A DNA stretch of 64,000 nucleotides from an uncultured Acidaminococcales bacterium (GCA_964551985.1 CAZKFG010000002.1:2845-66844); one strand, 5' to 3'. Counted from the stretch's first letter, positions 10,789 through 21,666 are shown. The notes: generated from the sequence alone by a model not told the origin. Numbers and translations: made by a program.

Positions 10789-12324
10789 TCACCTCGATTC
10801 GCTAGTATTGCCAGCTTTGTCGCCACCAAACATATCTTTAAATTCGGCTATTGCTTTTTTCAAGCTTACTTCTATTTCAGCAGAAATAGCTTTTGTTTCA
10901 ACAATCGCTTTACCGATTTCCGGATAGCTTGCACGGATAAAGTTCAAAAATTCTTTTTCAAATCTTGCAATATCCGATACTTGTGTATCATCAAGATAAC
11001 CATTTGTTGCTACATAAAGAATGATTACTTGTTGGTCTACTGACATTGGTTGGTATTGACCTTGTTTTAAAACTTCAGTCATACGCACACCACGGTCTAT
11101 TTGTGCTTTTGTTGCCTTATCAAGGTCAGAGCCAAATTGGGCAAATGCCGCCAGTTCACGGTATTGCGCCAAATCTAGACGCAAGCGTCCAGCAACAGAT
11201 TTCATAGCTTTTATTTGTGCCGCACCACCAACACGAGATACTGATAAACCAACGTTTATAGCTGGACGAATGCCCGAGTAGAACAATTCGCTTTCTAAAA
11301 ATATTTGTCCATCTGTAATAGAAATTACGTTTGTTGGAATATAAGCAGATACGTCGCCAGCTAGTGTTTCAATTATCGGTAATGCTGTTATCGAACCGCC
11401 ACCTAGCTCTTTATTGAGCTTAGCAGCACGTTCTAATAGTCGTGAATGTAAATAAAATACATCACCAGGATAAGCTTCACGACCAGGAGGACGACGAAGC
11501 AACAAGCTCATCGCTCTATACGCCGCAGCGTGCTTAGACAAATCGTCATAAATACATAAAACGTCTTTGCCTTGGTTCATAAAATATTCACCCATAGTTA
11601 CACCAGAATATGGTGCTAGGTATTGTAGAGGCGCTCCATCAGAAGCGTTAGCTGCTACAACAAGAGTATATTCCATTGCTCCGTGTTCTTCTAATGTACG
11701 AACAACACGTGCAACTGTTGATGCTTTTTGACCAATTGCAACATATATACAAATAACACCAAGACCTTTTTGGTTGATTATTGTGTCAATTGCAACCGCT
11801 GTTTTACCAGTACCACGATCACCGATAATAAGTTCACGTTGTCCACGACCAATTGGAACCATAGAGTCTATAGCTTTAATACCAGTTTGCAAAGGAGTAT
11901 TTACTGATTCTCTATCAGCTATACCTGGTGCTGGGCTCTCAACATTTCTATACAGATTTGTGTTTATAATACCTTTACCATCAATAGGTTGACCTAGTGC
12001 ATTGACAACGCGACCAATCATAGCATCGCCAACTGGCACACGCATAATTTCACCAGTACGACGAACTATATCGCCTTCTTTAACAAGAGTATCGCTGCCC
12101 ATAAGCACAACGCCGATACTGTCTACTTCAAGGTTTAATACCATTCCTGTAACACCGTTTGGAAGCTCTAGCAGCTCTCCTGCCATTGCACTTTTCAAAC
12201 CATGCACACGAGCGATACCATCGCCTACTTCATCTACAATACCAACTTCATCAACATTGAGGTCTACCTTATATTTTTCAACCTGTTGACTGATGAGAGA
12301 TGTAAGTTCTTCAGGCTTCATCAT
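10789..12324 (-). CDS. atpA: F1 ATP synthase alpha subunit
   Basis: Walker [58 protein letters not shown]. Confidence 0.97.
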   Translation of the reverse strand: MMKPEELTSLISQQVEKYKVDLNVDEVGIVDEVGDGIARVHGLKSAMAGELLELPNGVTGMVLNLEVDSIGVVLMGSDTLVKEGDIVRRTGEIMRVPVGDAMIGRVVNALGQPIDGKGIINTNLYRNVESPAPGIADRESVNTPLQTGIKAIDSMVPIGRGQRELIIGDRGTGKTAVAIDTIINQKGLGVICIYVAIGQKASTVARVVRTLEEHGAMEYTLVVAANASDGAPLQYLAPYSGVTMGEYFMNQGKDVLCIYDDLSKHAAAYRAMSLLLRRPPGREAYPGDVFYLHSRLLERAAKLNKELGGGSITALPIIETLAGDVSAYIPTNVISITDGQIFLESELFYSGIRPAINVGLSVSRVGGAAQIKAMKSVAGRLRLDLAQYRELAAFAQFGSDLDKATKAQIDRGVRMTEVLKQGQYQPMSVDQQVIILYVATNGYLDDTQVSDIARFEKEFLNFIRASYPEIGKAIVETKAISAEIEVSLKKAIAEFKDMFGGDKAGNTSESR

Positions 12325-12656
12325 ATCGGATCTGTCACCCCAATCTTTAAGTCAATATTTGACATCATTTCTTTGTATTGCTTTAATTGGCGCACAACAC
12401 TACCATCAATAATGTTGTCACCATATTGAATAACTATTCCACCAATAAGGCTAGGATCAACACTTTTTTGTACAAATACTTGTTTACCAAGCTTTTTAGA
12501 TAAATCAGCAATAATATTATTTAGTTCATCATTTGAAAGCTCTCTGGCAGTAGTAATTTTTATTTCCGCAGACCCTTTATGTTCATTATCTGAGCTTGTT
12601 GAATAGTTTCTTATTTGTCTTTTTATAGAGGCGAGACTTTCTAGTTGTATTTTCAT
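12321..12656 (-). CDS. Extra ATP-synthase delta (OSCP) paralog consisting only of the C-terminal domain
   Basis: 111 aa. Residues about 30-96 ([11 protein letters not shown]...[18 protein letters not shown]) align to the C-terminal domain of the upstream atpH product, with 29 identities over 67 hand-aligned positions. There are ATGA overlaps with atpH (12653-12656) and atpA (12321-12324). Confidence 0.7.
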   Translation of the reverse strand: MKIQLESLASIKRQIRNYSTSSDNEHKGSAEIKITTARELSNDELNNIIADLSKKLGKQVFVQKSVDPSLIGGIVIQYGDNIIDGSVVRQLKQYKEMMSNIDLKIGVTDPI

Positions 12657-13228
12657 ACTACTTCAAATGCCCCCTTTTGCAACATAGCTTTTTTAGATAA
12701 ATTTGAAACGTCTTGTAAACGCTTTTGAATACTACCGTTTATTAATTTATCATTGTATTGAATAATTATGCCACCAATTATTTTTTCATCTATAAGTTTT
12801 TTCAAAACAACAGGCTTATTTAAAGTTTTAGCTAAACGCTCAGAAATTTTATCATATTCACTATCTGATAATTTTCTAGCTGTGGTAACGCTAATTTCAA
12901 CAATTGATTGCTTTTCATAAAACAATTTTTTAAATGAATTGACAATTAAAGGTAATAATTTTTCTAACCGTTTTTCTACCAAAAGCAACACAAAGTTTAG
13001 ACAAGTTTCACTTATTTTATTTTTAAAAATCGCTAAAACAACTTCTTGTCTAGCACCCTTTTCGCCAAAAGGATTTTGCAAAAATTCTTTTAATTGAATA
13101 CTACTTTGCAAAACTTCATCAACAAAGAAAATATCTTCTTTGACTTTATTAAGCTCATTTTCCTCTATCCCAAGATCAAAAAGTGCTTGTGCATACCTTT
13201 CAGCTACTTCATATGTTGTCCCTAGCAT
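12653..13228 (-). CDS. atpH: F1 ATP synthase delta subunit (OSCP), full length
   Basis: 191 aa. N-terminal YAQALFDLG...EFLQNP helical domain plus C-terminal VTTARKLS...IIGGIIIQYNDKLINGSIQKRL. Located between atpF and atpA. Confidence 0.9.
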   Translation of the reverse strand: MLGTTYEVAERYAQALFDLGIEENELNKVKEDIFFVDEVLQSSIQLKEFLQNPFGEKGARQEVVLAIFKNKISETCLNFVLLLVEKRLEKLLPLIVNSFKKLFYEKQSIVEISVTTARKLSDSEYDKISERLAKTLNKPVVLKKLIDEKIIGGIIIQYNDKLINGSIQKRLQDVSNLSKKAMLQKGAFEVV

Positions 13229-13722
13229 GGCAATCCACCAGATTTACTGGTAATTTCGTCCAAAAAGTCATTAATAAGTTTTTGGTCAGCATCTGAGTCG
13301 ATTTTCTTTTCTACCACTTTTTCTGCAACTAGCATACTAAGTGAAACAACTTCTTTGCGAACTTCTAGTAAAGCATTTACTTTTTCGCGTTCTATTTGGT
13401 CTTTGCCAGCTTTAAAGATTTGTTCTTGTTCTTCGCGTGCTTTAGCAAGCATTTGATCATAAGCTTCTTTAGCTGTTTTATTGGCTTTGTCTATAATAGC
13501 TTGTGCTTCTGTACGAGCAGTAGCTAATTGACGATCGTATTCTTCTTTGATTTTCTTTGCTTCTAGTTTAGCAGCCTCTGCACTTGCCAAATCAGATACA
13601 ATTTTACCTTGACGTTCCTCTAAAGCCTTAACCATTGGCTTATAACCAAACCAAGAAACGACTGCAACTAATATCAAAAAGTTAAACACCTGTGCAATAA
13701 GCGTCCAATTAATATCAACCAA
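13222..13722 (-). CDS. atpF: Fo ATP synthase b subunit
   Basis: A single N-terminal TM helix followed by a long charged coiled coil (KPMVKALEERQGKIVSDLASAEAAKLEAKK...). Confidence 0.9.
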   Translation of the reverse strand: MVDINWTLIAQVFNFLILVAVVSWFGYKPMVKALEERQGKIVSDLASAEAAKLEAKKIKEEYDRQLATARTEAQAIIDKANKTAKEAYDQMLAKAREEQEQIFKAGKDQIEREKVNALLEVRKEVVSLSMLVAEKVVEKKIDSDADQKLINDFLDEITSKSGGLPC

Positions 13723-13786
13723 AAAAAGGCACTCCTTTCCTATAAAAATTAGTATTAAAATATACTAATTTTACGTTTTGTTTTTC

Positions 13787-14035
13787 TTAAATAAATGGAT
13801 TAGCTAAAATCAAGATAATAGCAACAACGATACTAATGATAGGCACAGCTTCAACTAGCCCAATATAGATAAGAGAGTTAACAAATATTTTGTTTGCCAA
13901 TTCTGGTTGACGAGTCATACTTTCGATAGCCTTGCTACCAACCAAGCTGTTACCAGTACCTGCACCAATAGCAGCACCTAGACAAGCAATTCCTGCTCCT
14001 AATACCGAACACCCTATAATAATTGTTTTTTCCAA
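13787..14035 (-). CDS. atpE: Fo ATP synthase c subunit (H+ type by motif)
   Basis: 82-aa hairpin protein with loop RQPE and the carboxylate in GLVEAVPII. Confidence 0.92.
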   Translation of the reverse strand: MEKTIIIGCSVLGAGIACLGAAIGAGTGNSLVGSKAIESMTRQPELANKIFVNSLIYIGLVEAVPIISIVVAIILILANPFI

Positions 14036-14094
14036 AGTTCTTCCATCCTTTCATACTTTTAAATAAGTTAGTCTAAAATTTTACACTAGATAAA

Positions 14095-14793
14095 TTAATG
14101 ATGTGATTCAAATGCTCCACGCATGTAGGATACGCCTAAAGCTGTAAAAATCATCGCTTGTATAGCACCTATCAAAATGCTAAAGCAAACCCAAAGTTCT
14201 GGTATAACCCAAGGGGTAAGTTGATAGAGCACAATCAAAAGAATTTCGCCTGCGACAATGTTACCAAATAGACGAAAAGCAAGCGTGAATGGTCTTAAGA
14301 CTTCATCGAGCAAATGCAGTGGAAGCATAAATATTGAAGGTTCAATAAAATGCTTTAGATGACCCAATCCATTTCTAGCTAAACCAACAATATAGATTGT
14401 AACAATTACAGTTAGACCTAAGCCTAGTGTGGTGTTAATATCATTTGTCGGTGAAGTAAAATGAAAATGAAAAGGTGTAAAAACTTGTGGAAGCAATCCC
14501 AATTCGTTGCCTACAAAAAGATACATAAACAATGTAAGGAAAAACGGTCCCATCATTTTTTTACCTTTATCACCCAAGTTATCAGAAGTTAAACCGCCAA
14601 TCAAATCAAAAACAGATTCTACAATCATTTGCATTTTGCCGGGTACAATCTTAGGATTTCTCATTACTATAATCAAAATAAATGCGACTATAGCCATTGT
14701 AATCCACGACATATAAAGTGTTTGCATGTTGACAACAAAACCAGGGACAATCTCAGTTGGTGCAAAATCAATAATACTTTTTTCTCCTGCCAT
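14095..14793 (-). CDS. atpB: Fo ATP synthase a subunit
   Basis: Conserved LAFRLFGNIVAGE (essential Arg). Start moved from the track start at 14829 to MAGEK at 14793, which is preceded by AAAGGAG plus a 7-nt spacer. Confidence 0.92.
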   Translation of the reverse strand: MAGEKSIIDFAPTEIVPGFVVNMQTLYMSWITMAIVAFILIIVMRNPKIVPGKMQMIVESVFDLIGGLTSDNLGDKGKKMMGPFFLTLFMYLFVGNELGLLPQVFTPFHFHFTSPTNDINTTLGLGLTVIVTIYIVGLARNGLGHLKHFIEPSIFMLPLHLLDEVLRPFTLAFRLFGNIVAGEILLIVLYQLTPWVIPELWVCFSILIGAIQAMIFTALGVSYMRGAFESHH

Positions 14794-14797
14794 TTTC

Positions 14798-15196
14798 TCA
14801 CTCCTTTCTGCACTCTGGGGAGTTATCATTTCCCCGCGCGGTTATTACAAAAAATACTAGGCACACAAAGTGAATTAAAAAAAATGCTATAAAAAGTGCT
14901 GGCATGTAAATGCCTGCCTTTATCGCCACAAAAAAACTAACTGCCAAAAAGGCAATCCTTTTGAACATGTTTTTTTTCATGATTATAAATGCTTTTTCAA
15001 TAGTAGTCTTTGACCCTTTTTCAACATCTAATAGCATAATACTGTTATCAAATGTAGCAAATAACAATCCTATTGCCAAAGCATAAACAACTCTTGCTTG
15101 AAATAAAAAGCTACACAAAACCAAAATAAACAAAGAAAAAACAGTCGATACTAGTAAAAATTTCCATCTCATTTTTGCTACTGTATTAGTAGTCAT
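14798..15196 (-). CDS. atpI: ATP synthase protein I (AtpI)-like small membrane protein
   Basis: 132 aa with about 4 TM helices, immediately upstream of atpB. Assignment rests on position and topology only. Confidence 0.6.
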   Translation of the reverse strand: MTTNTVAKMRWKFLLVSTVFSLFILVLCSFLFQARVVYALAIGLLFATFDNSIMLLDVEKGSKTTIEKAFIIMKKNMFKRIAFLAVSFFVAIKAGIYMPALFIAFFLIHFVCLVFFVITARGNDNSPECRKE

Positions 15197-15426
15197 TCAT
15201 CATTACCTTTTTTATCCATCTCTTTATATAACTGTTTTTTAATCGCCCAAGCACCTGAAACAATACCCAATATCACTCCACCGACCCTACCAAAAGGTGA
15301 AGTACTAAAGTTTTCATCAATAAATCTTCCTAAAAAAAAGCCCATTATTATACTCCCTACAGCAGTTGATGTTATAAAGTTTACAATAAATAGACCTTTG
15401 GTCAAACTTTTCCAAGTATCTTTCAA
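15193..15426 (-). CDS. atpZ: AtpZ/AtpI-family small membrane protein
   Basis: 77 aa with two TM helices (AVGSIIMGFFLGRFID...GGVILGIVSGAWAI). First gene of the atp operon. TTG start preceded by AAGGAG plus 7 nt. Confidence 0.65.
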   Translation of the reverse strand: MKDTWKSLTKGLFIVNFITSTAVGSIIMGFFLGRFIDENFSTSPFGRVGGVILGIVSGAWAIKKQLYKEMDKKGNDE

Positions 15427-15584
15427 AACTGCTACTCCTTTGTAAAAGCAGCCTTATTTCTATAAAAATGACAATTATTATTAGTATTTCAATATGCTAA
15501 TAAATAACAAAACAAGCTTAGCATAAAATTAATAAAATTACAATATTCTGTAAAAATTTTTAAATTATAATTTTTTGTACAATT

Positions 15585-16739
15585 TTAAAACAAATCAATT
15601 TTTCTAGGCAAAAATCCTTTCTCATGTAAAATCGTCTGCACTATCCTTTGCGCAGCTAAACCATCACCATAAGGATTTTTTGCTTTAGACAACTTTTGGT
15701 AAACCTCTGGATTTTTAAGAAGCTCCATAACCGTTGCAAAAACTTTATCTTTATCCGTTCCAACAAGTTTTACCGTACCAGCCTCAACAGCCTCAGGTCG
15801 TTCAGTGGTATTTCGAAGAACCAATACTGGTACTCCTAAAGAAGGCGCTTCTTCTTGAACACCACCAGAATCACTTAAAATCAAATATGACCTTGCCATC
15901 AGATTAGCAAATGGTTGATAATCAAGCGGTTCAATCAAATTAATTCTGTCTTGACCAGAGAGTTCTTGGGCTACAAGCTCACTTACAATAGGATTTTTAT
16001 GTACAGGAAAAATAATCTCTATATCATCACGTAAATTGACAAGTTCACGCATGGCTATATAAATATTTCTTAAAGGCTCTCCCCAATTTTCTCTTCTGTG
16101 AGTTGTAACAAGAATTATTTTTCGACCACTTTTCAAACATTTCTCTATCACAGGATTAGAAAATTCGTAGTCTTTATCAACCGTCTGCTTTAATGAATCA
16201 ATTACAGTATTACCTGTTACAAATATTTTGTCTTTAGATATATTTTCTCTAAGCAAATTATCTCTAGAAACATTTGTCGGCGCAAAATGATAATCTGTCA
16301 AGGCACCTGTCAAGTGTCTATTCATCTCTTCAGGAAAAGGAGAATATTTATCACCAGTTCTAAGTCCAGCTTCCACATGCCCTATAGATATTTGCTGGTA
16401 ATATGCAGCTAGTGCACCCATAAATGTAGTTGTCGTATCACCGTGAACCAATACTAAATCTGGCTTTATTTGAGTAAAAACTTCCCCTAAACCAAGTAAG
16501 GCTTTGCTCGTAACATCATATAAGGTTTGACGCTGAGTCATTATATTTAAATCAAAATCTGGTTTTATATCAAAAAGATGTAAAACTTGATCTAACATTT
16601 GTCTATGTTGAGCTGTTACAACAACATAAGACTGGATATATTGTTCATATTTTTTAAGCTCTAATACTACAGGTGCCATTTTAATAGCTTCTGGTCTTGT
16701 ACCAAAAATAGTCGCTATTTTTATTTTTTTCAAAATCAT
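15585..16739 (-). CDS. wecB: UDP-N-acetylglucosamine 2-epimerase (non-hydrolysing)
   Basis: IFGTRPEAIKMAPV, HVEAGLRT, DSGGVQEEAPSLGVPVLVLR. The start is uncertain: the track TTG at 16754, the ATG at 16739, or the TTG at 16733, which has the best spacing from GGAGG. Confidence 0.9.
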   Translation of the reverse strand: MILKKIKIATIFGTRPEAIKMAPVVLELKKYEQYIQSYVVVTAQHRQMLDQVLHLFDIKPDFDLNIMTQRQTLYDVTSKALLGLGEVFTQIKPDLVLVHGDTTTTFMGALAAYYQQISIGHVEAGLRTGDKYSPFPEEMNRHLTGALTDYHFAPTNVSRDNLLRENISKDKIFVTGNTVIDSLKQTVDKDYEFSNPVIEKCLKSGRKIILVTTHRRENWGEPLRNIYIAMRELVNLRDDIEIIFPVHKNPIVSELVAQELSGQDRINLIEPLDYQPFANLMARSYLILSDSGGVQEEAPSLGVPVLVLRNTTERPEAVEAGTVKLVGTDKDKVFATVMELLKNPEVYQKLSKAKNPYGDGLAAQRIVQTILHEKGFLPRKIDLF

Positions 16740-16819
16740 GCCTCCAATTTTCAAATAAAAAAAGATGAAAAGATAGCTCCCTTCATCTTCAAAAGAGCTA
16801 ACCGCTATCTTAAACTACA

Positions 16820-17833
16820 TCAAACATCATTTAAAATACCAATTTTTTTAGCCCCTAAAAATATCACTATAACCACAATGCCAATAACAACCATTGCTAA
16901 AAATCTATTGCTACCAGTAAACAACAATGCGCTAAAACTAAGCATTGCACTAATTAAATACATCAATAAAACAGTCTGCCTTTGGCTAAGACCAGCGGCA
17001 AGTAACCTATGATGTAAATGCCCTTTATCAGGCTGAAAAATAGGTTTCCCGTTTGAGTATCTGCGCAATATGGCAAACAAAGTGTCCAAAATAGGTAGCC
17101 CCAGCGCAATAATAGGCACTAAAAGTGCAATTGCAGCAGCGCTTTTTACAACACCTAAAACAGAAATCGCAGCCAACATATAACCTAAGAACATACTACC
17201 AGTATCACCCATAAAGATGGACGCAGGGTTAAAATTATATCTTATAAAAGCTAAAATAGATCCTGCTAAAGCCGCCGTCAGAACTGCAACAACATAAAAA
17301 CTATTTTGCATAGCGACAATACAAACTGTTGCCGAAGCAATAAAAGCAACCCCTGCTGCTAAACCATCTAAGCCGTCAATCAAATTAAGTGCATTAGTCA
17401 TAGAAACAATCCACAAAACCGTAACAGGTATAGAAAAATGATCCATATATAAATAGCCACCAGCACCTGGATAAGCTAACCATTCTATGCGAATATCAAA
17501 TAAAACTAATACTAAAGCAGCTAAAATTTGCCCTGAAAGCTTAACTTTTGCCGGTATTTGATATATATCATCAATAATACCAACTAAAACAATAACCGTA
17601 CCGCCAGCAATCAAGCCTTTTATTTCTTGAGTAATAGGCAAGCTGGCAAAAACAGACACAACAAAACCTAAATATATCGCAAGACCACCAATACGAGGGA
17701 TAGGTTTTTTATGGACTTTGCGAAAATCAGGTTTGTCAATAGCACCCATTTTTCTGGCTAAACGTTTAACCACAGGCGTTAAAAGAAAGCAGACAACAAG
17801 TCCTACTAAAAACGCCACAATAAAAGCGTGCAT
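16820..17833 (-). CDS. tagO: Glycosyltransferase family 4 polyprenyl-phosphate GlcNAc-1-phosphate transferase (TagO/WecA-like)
   Basis: Polytopic membrane protein with NALNLIDGLDGLAAG and FMGDTGSMFLGY (MraY/WecA family motifs). Confidence 0.85.
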   Translation of the reverse strand: MHAFIVAFLVGLVVCFLLTPVVKRLARKMGAIDKPDFRKVHKKPIPRIGGLAIYLGFVVSVFASLPITQEIKGLIAGGTVIVLVGIIDDIYQIPAKVKLSGQILAALVLVLFDIRIEWLAYPGAGGYLYMDHFSIPVTVLWIVSMTNALNLIDGLDGLAAGVAFIASATVCIVAMQNSFYVVAVLTAALAGSILAFIRYNFNPASIFMGDTGSMFLGYMLAAISVLGVVKSAAAIALLVPIIALGLPILDTLFAILRRYSNGKPIFQPDKGHLHHRLLAAGLSQRQTVLLMYLISAMLSFSALLFTGSNRFLAMVVIGIVVIVIFLGAKKIGILNDV

Positions 17834-17905
17834 GAAAATATCCTCTCATCATTTATATTAGAGTAAGTTTACATTAGCATATGTTTATTGTCAATTAAAA
17901 GTACT

Positions 17906-18355
17906 CTACATAACAACCATTTCTATATTAGCCTCTTTTAGCATCTTCTCTGCTAGTTCATCAGGATAAGGGTTTGCAAAAACTATTTTTACAATACCTG
18001 CATTGATAAGCATTTTAGCGCACACTATGCAAGGTTGATGAGTACAATAGAGCGTAGAGCCTTCAATGCTTATTCCATGAAGTGCCGCTTGAATAATTGC
18101 ATTTTGTTCGGCATGAAGCCCTCGGCAAAGTTCATGCATTTTACCTGACGGAACATTTAACTGCTCACGCAAACAACCAACAGTTTCACAATGAGCAATC
18201 TTTTGCGGTACACCATTGTATCCTGTTGCCAAAATACGTTTATCTTTTACCAAGATAGCACCAACACTACGTCTTAAACATGTTGATCGTTTTTGTGCAG
18301 TGTTAGCAAACTCCATAAAATATTCGTCCCAATGAGGTCTATTATTTGTTTGCAT
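17906..18355 (-). CDS. comEB: dCMP deaminase (ComEB-type)
   Basis: WDEYFMEFA..., zinc motifs HAEQNAI and [10 protein letters not shown]. Start moved to MQTNN at 18355, because the track extension would overlap the glyA 3' end. Confidence 0.88.
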   Translation of the reverse strand: MQTNNRPHWDEYFMEFANTAQKRSTCLRRSVGAILVKDKRILATGYNGVPQKIAHCETVGCLREQLNVPSGKMHELCRGLHAEQNAIIQAALHGISIEGSTLYCTHQPCIVCAKMLINAGIVKIVFANPYPDELAEKMLKEANIEMVVM

Positions 18356-18365
18356 AACTATTTCC

Positions 18366-19610
18366 TCAAACAATTTGCGTATACAAAGGATGTTTGTCAC
18401 AAAGAACAGTAACTCTTTGTCTAGCTTCTTGCATAACTTTTGTATCTTCAAGATTCTTAAGTACCAAAGATATAATTGCTGCTACTTCTTTCATATCGGC
18501 TGTTGTAAACCCGCGAGTGGTAACCGCCGCAGTACCAAGTCTTATACCACTTGTTATAAAAGGACTTGTTTCATCAAAAGGAATAGTGTTTTTATTTACA
18601 GTAACACCAATCTCATCAAGCGCTTTTTCTGCCTGTTTACCTGTAAGTCCTTGTGGTCTTAAATCTACAAGCATCATATGATTGTCAGTGCCATCTGAAA
18701 CGATGCGAAAACCTTCTTTTTTAAGTGCAAAAGCCAGTTCACTTGCATTATCTACAATATTTTTTTGATATTGTTTAAACTCATCACTCATAGCCTCTAA
18801 AAAAGACACCGCTTTAGCTGCAATAACGTGCATGAGTGGTCCCCCTTGAATACCAGGGAAAATAGCTTTATCAATAGCTTTAGCATATTCTTCTTTACAC
18901 AATATTAGTCCTCCACGTGGTCCACGCAAAGTTTTATGTGTTGTTGATGTGACAATATCGGCATAAAGTACTGGATTTGGATGCAATCCTGCAGCAACAA
19001 GTCCCGCAACGTGAGCCATATCAACCATAAGCATACAACCTACTTGTTTGGCGATTTGTGCCATTTTTTCATAGTCAATAAATCTAGAATATGCGCTAGC
19101 ACCAGCAACAATCATCTTTGGCTTGTGTTCAAGCGCTATCGCTCTTAAAAGGTCATAATCTATTGTTTCTGTGTCTTTTGTTACGCCATAAGGCACAATG
19201 TTAAAATAACTGCCTGATAAGTTAACAGGGCTACCGTGTGTTAAATGACCACCATGTGATAAATTCATACCTAAAATAGTGTCTCCTGGTTTTAAAAAAG
19301 CAAAATAAACAGCAGTATTTGCTTGTGCACCAGAATGTGCTTGGACATTAGCATGTTCAGCAACAAACAATTTTTTTGCTCTATCAATAGCTAGCTGTTC
19401 GACAACATCAACAAATTCACAACCGCCATAATAGCGCTTTTCAGGATAGCCTTCAGCATATTTATTTGTCAAAACACTACCTAACGCTTCTAAAATTGGA
19501 TAGCTAACAAAATTTTCTGAAGCAATAAGCTCTATATTATTTCTTTGTCTGTTTAACTCCTTGGTCATTGCCTCATATAACTGTGCATCAACATCTTTTA
19601 AAAAAGCCAT
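18366..19610 (-). CDS. glyA: Serine hydroxymethyltransferase
   Basis: PLP-lysine motif [31 protein letters not shown]. Start set at MAFLK (19610), 9 nt after GAGGAG. The track start is 19619. Confidence 0.96.
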   Translation of the reverse strand: MAFLKDVDAQLYEAMTKELNRQRNNIELIASENFVSYPILEALGSVLTNKYAEGYPEKRYYGGCEFVDVVEQLAIDRAKKLFVAEHANVQAHSGAQANTAVYFAFLKPGDTILGMNLSHGGHLTHGSPVNLSGSYFNIVPYGVTKDTETIDYDLLRAIALEHKPKMIVAGASAYSRFIDYEKMAQIAKQVGCMLMVDMAHVAGLVAAGLHPNPVLYADIVTSTTHKTLRGPRGGLILCKEEYAKAIDKAIFPGIQGGPLMHVIAAKAVSFLEAMSDEFKQYQKNIVDNASELAFALKKEGFRIVSDGTDNHMMLVDLRPQGLTGKQAEKALDEIGVTVNKNTIPFDETSPFITSGIRLGTAAVTTRGFTTADMKEVAAIISLVLKNLEDTKVMQEARQRVTVLCDKHPLYTQIV

Positions 19611-19633
19611 TGTAATCATCTCCTCATTTTTTA

Positions 19634-20059
19634 TTAATCTATCATATCCAGTCGTCTTTGATGACGACCATTTGCAAAATCAGTCTTAAGCCATTGTCTT
19701 ACTATCATATCAGCTGTGCCAAATCCTATAACTCTAGCACCTAGACACAAAACATTTGCATCGTTGTGTTCTCTACTCATAACCGCAGAAAAAACATCAT
19801 TACAAAGTGCAGCTCTAATACCTTTATGTCTATTTGCCACAATAGACACTCCAATACCTGTACCGCAAATCAAAATACCTCTGGAAAATTCACCGTTTGT
19901 TATAGCTTGACAAAGTTTTTTAGCTATTACCGGATAATCACAAGATGTTTCATCAAATATACCCAAATCTTCAAACTCAACGCCAACATTCTGTAGAGTC
20001 TCTTTAAGTTCTTCTTTCAGTCTGTAACCACCATGATCACAGCCAATAGCTAATCGCAT
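19634..20059 (-). CDS. rpiB: Ribose-5-phosphate isomerase B
   Basis: [35 protein letters not shown]. Confidence 0.92.
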   Translation of the reverse strand: MRLAIGCDHGGYRLKEELKETLQNVGVEFEDLGIFDETSCDYPVIAKKLCQAITNGEFSRGILICGTGIGVSIVANRHKGIRAALCNDVFSAVMSREHNDANVLCLGARVIGFGTADMIVRQWLKTDFANGRHQRRLDMID

Positions 20060-20062
20060 TTA

Positions 20063-20518
20063 CTAATCACCTTTTTTCAAATTAATAATTTTAGGTAAAA
20101 CTTTATCTATCAAATCTTGTAGTTGCTCTAAACAAACATCATATTCTTGTTGGCTTTGTCCAAACGGATCGCAAACATCATTATCTCCTGCCAAAGCATG
20201 CACTTTTTGCTTGAATTCTGGATACATATCAATAACAATCTTTAAATGTATTTTAGTCATAACAAAAACCATGTCTGCTGATTGCAACAGCTCTTTAGTC
20301 AATCTTGTAGAACAAAATTCATCAACAAAAATATCTTTTTTAACAAGTGCATTTCTAGCTTTATCTGACAAACTATCATTATCTTGAGCATAAATACCCG
20401 CCGAACAAACCTTAAAGTCTGCTTGCAAATTAGCATTTTTCAACTTATGTTGCAAAAACATTTGCGCCATTGGGCTACGGCAAGTATTACCTGTGCATAC
20501 AAACAGTACTGTCGGCAT
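20063..20518 (-). CDS. Low-molecular-weight protein phosphatase (tyrosine/arginine; YwlE-like)
   Basis: P-loop VLFVCTGNTCRSPMAQ and a distal DP (VCDPFG). Confidence 0.88.
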   Translation of the reverse strand: MPTVLFVCTGNTCRSPMAQMFLQHKLKNANLQADFKVCSAGIYAQDNDSLSDKARNALVKKDIFVDEFCSTRLTKELLQSADMVFVMTKIHLKIVIDMYPEFKQKVHALAGDNDVCDPFGQSQQEYDVCLEQLQDLIDKVLPKIINLKKGD

Positions 20519-20598
20519 AATTACACCCTTTCATATCCAATTTAGTCTATCGATATATTTTAGCATATTTTAATTTAAAAGTATATTTTTCTTAGCAG

Positions 20599-21666
20599 CT
20601 AAGCAAAAACACTATCAAAATCTTGTTTGTTTTCAATTATTTTTGTTTGTGCCGCTTTTTCCAGTCTATTCATTATTGCTTGACCTATATTGTCAGTTCT
20701 AACGCTACTGACTAAAATAATCTCTACACCACATTTATCAAAATCACGCAACCATCTGTAAAGATTTTTAGCTAAATCATCAGTTTTATCACATTGCCAG
20801 CCACCAAAAGATATAATCTCTTTCGGTAGCTTTTGTAAAACTTCTTGAGAAGCCAAAACTCCAACCTTCCATTGTTTTTGCTCAAAAAATTCAAGCAAAA
20901 ACAAAATATTCGACTGCAAGAATTCTTCTGTAAACAAATAAACACTAGCTTTAGGAGAATAATGTTTATATTTCATTCCAGGCGCTTTAGGAGTTTTATC
21001 AGATTCAATTTGCGTAGCGCTTTTGACTGCAACAACTTTTTCCAATTGCTCTTTAGTTATACCACCCGGTCTTAAAATAATGCACTCATCGCTTGTACAA
21101 TCTACAACTGTAGACTCTAACCCAATGTTTGCTTGTCCTCCGTCAATAATTGCGTCCACTTTGCCATCTAAATCTTTTTGCACAGTAGTAGCATCAGTAG
21201 GACTAGGACGCCCAGAAATGTTAGCACTAGGCGCAGCAATCGGAACTTGGCAAAGTCTGATAAAATCTCTTGCCACATCATTTTTTGGCATTCTTATAGC
21301 AACAGTATTAAGACCTGCTGTAACTGCATCTGGAATATGCCCTTGTTTTGGCAAAATAACGGTTAAAGGCCCAGGCCAAAAGGCATCCATTAATTTTTCT
21401 GCGTTAATAGATATATTTTTTGCTAAGCTATAAACATCCTTTTTTTCTGCGATGTGTAAAATTAAAGGATTATCAGACGGTCTTCCTTTAGCTAAAAAAA
21501 TTTTCTCCACCGCTACAGAAGATAGTCCATTTGCCCCAAGTCCATAAACAGTTTCCGTAGGAAAAGCCACAAGCCCATTATTTTTTATTATATGTGCCGC
21601 TTTATTTAAAATTTCTATATCTTCTTGATTATTTTTTAGCTGCCAATAGGAACTCTTCAACTTCAA
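20599..21666 (-). CDS. tsaC: L-threonylcarbamoyladenylate synthase (Sua5/YwlC type, with C-terminal Sua5 domain)
   Basis: LVAFPTETVYGLGAN, SANISGRPSPT. The track start is a TTG that overlaps the prmC 3' end by 38 nt. A TTG 6 nt downstream (21660) is equally possible. Confidence 0.9.
   Translation of the reverse strand: MKLKSSYWQLKNNQEDIEILNKAAHIIKNNGLVAFPTETVYGLGANGLSSVAVEKIFLAKGRPSDNPLILHIAEKKDVYSLAKNISINAEKLMDAFWPGPLTVILPKQGHIPDAVTAGLNTVAIRMPKNDVARDFIRLCQVPIAAPSANISGRPSPTDATTVQKDLDGKVDAIIDGGQANIGLESTVVDCTSDECIILRPGGITKEQLEKVVAVKSATQIESDKTPKAPGMKYKHYSPKASVYLFTEEFLQSNILFLLEFFEQKQWKVGVLASQEVLQKLPKEIISFGGWQCDKTDDLAKNLYRWLRDFDKCGVEIILVSSVRTDNIGQAIMNRLEKAAQTKIIENKQDFDSVFA

Noticed and set aside
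13787-14035. Checked whether the c-subunit has the Na+-binding signature, since some anaerobes have Na+-translocating F-ATPases
   Set aside because: The motif positions read GTGNS ... GLVEAVP, lacking the Gln ... Glu-Ser/Thr combination of the Ilyobacter/Propionigenium type. A proton-coupled enzyme is the simpler reading.
14794-14829. N-terminal extensions in ORF-track calls: atpB 14829, comEB 18451, glyA 19619, pth 25425, GntR 29766, rnmV 33916, yabE 35011, hydrolase 35198, TrxR-like 49142, serC 51118
   Set aside because: In each case an internal start has proper Shine-Dalgarno spacing and/or matches the conserved family N-terminus, while the longer form overlaps the upstream gene, a promoter or a terminator. 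I used the shorter coordinates.
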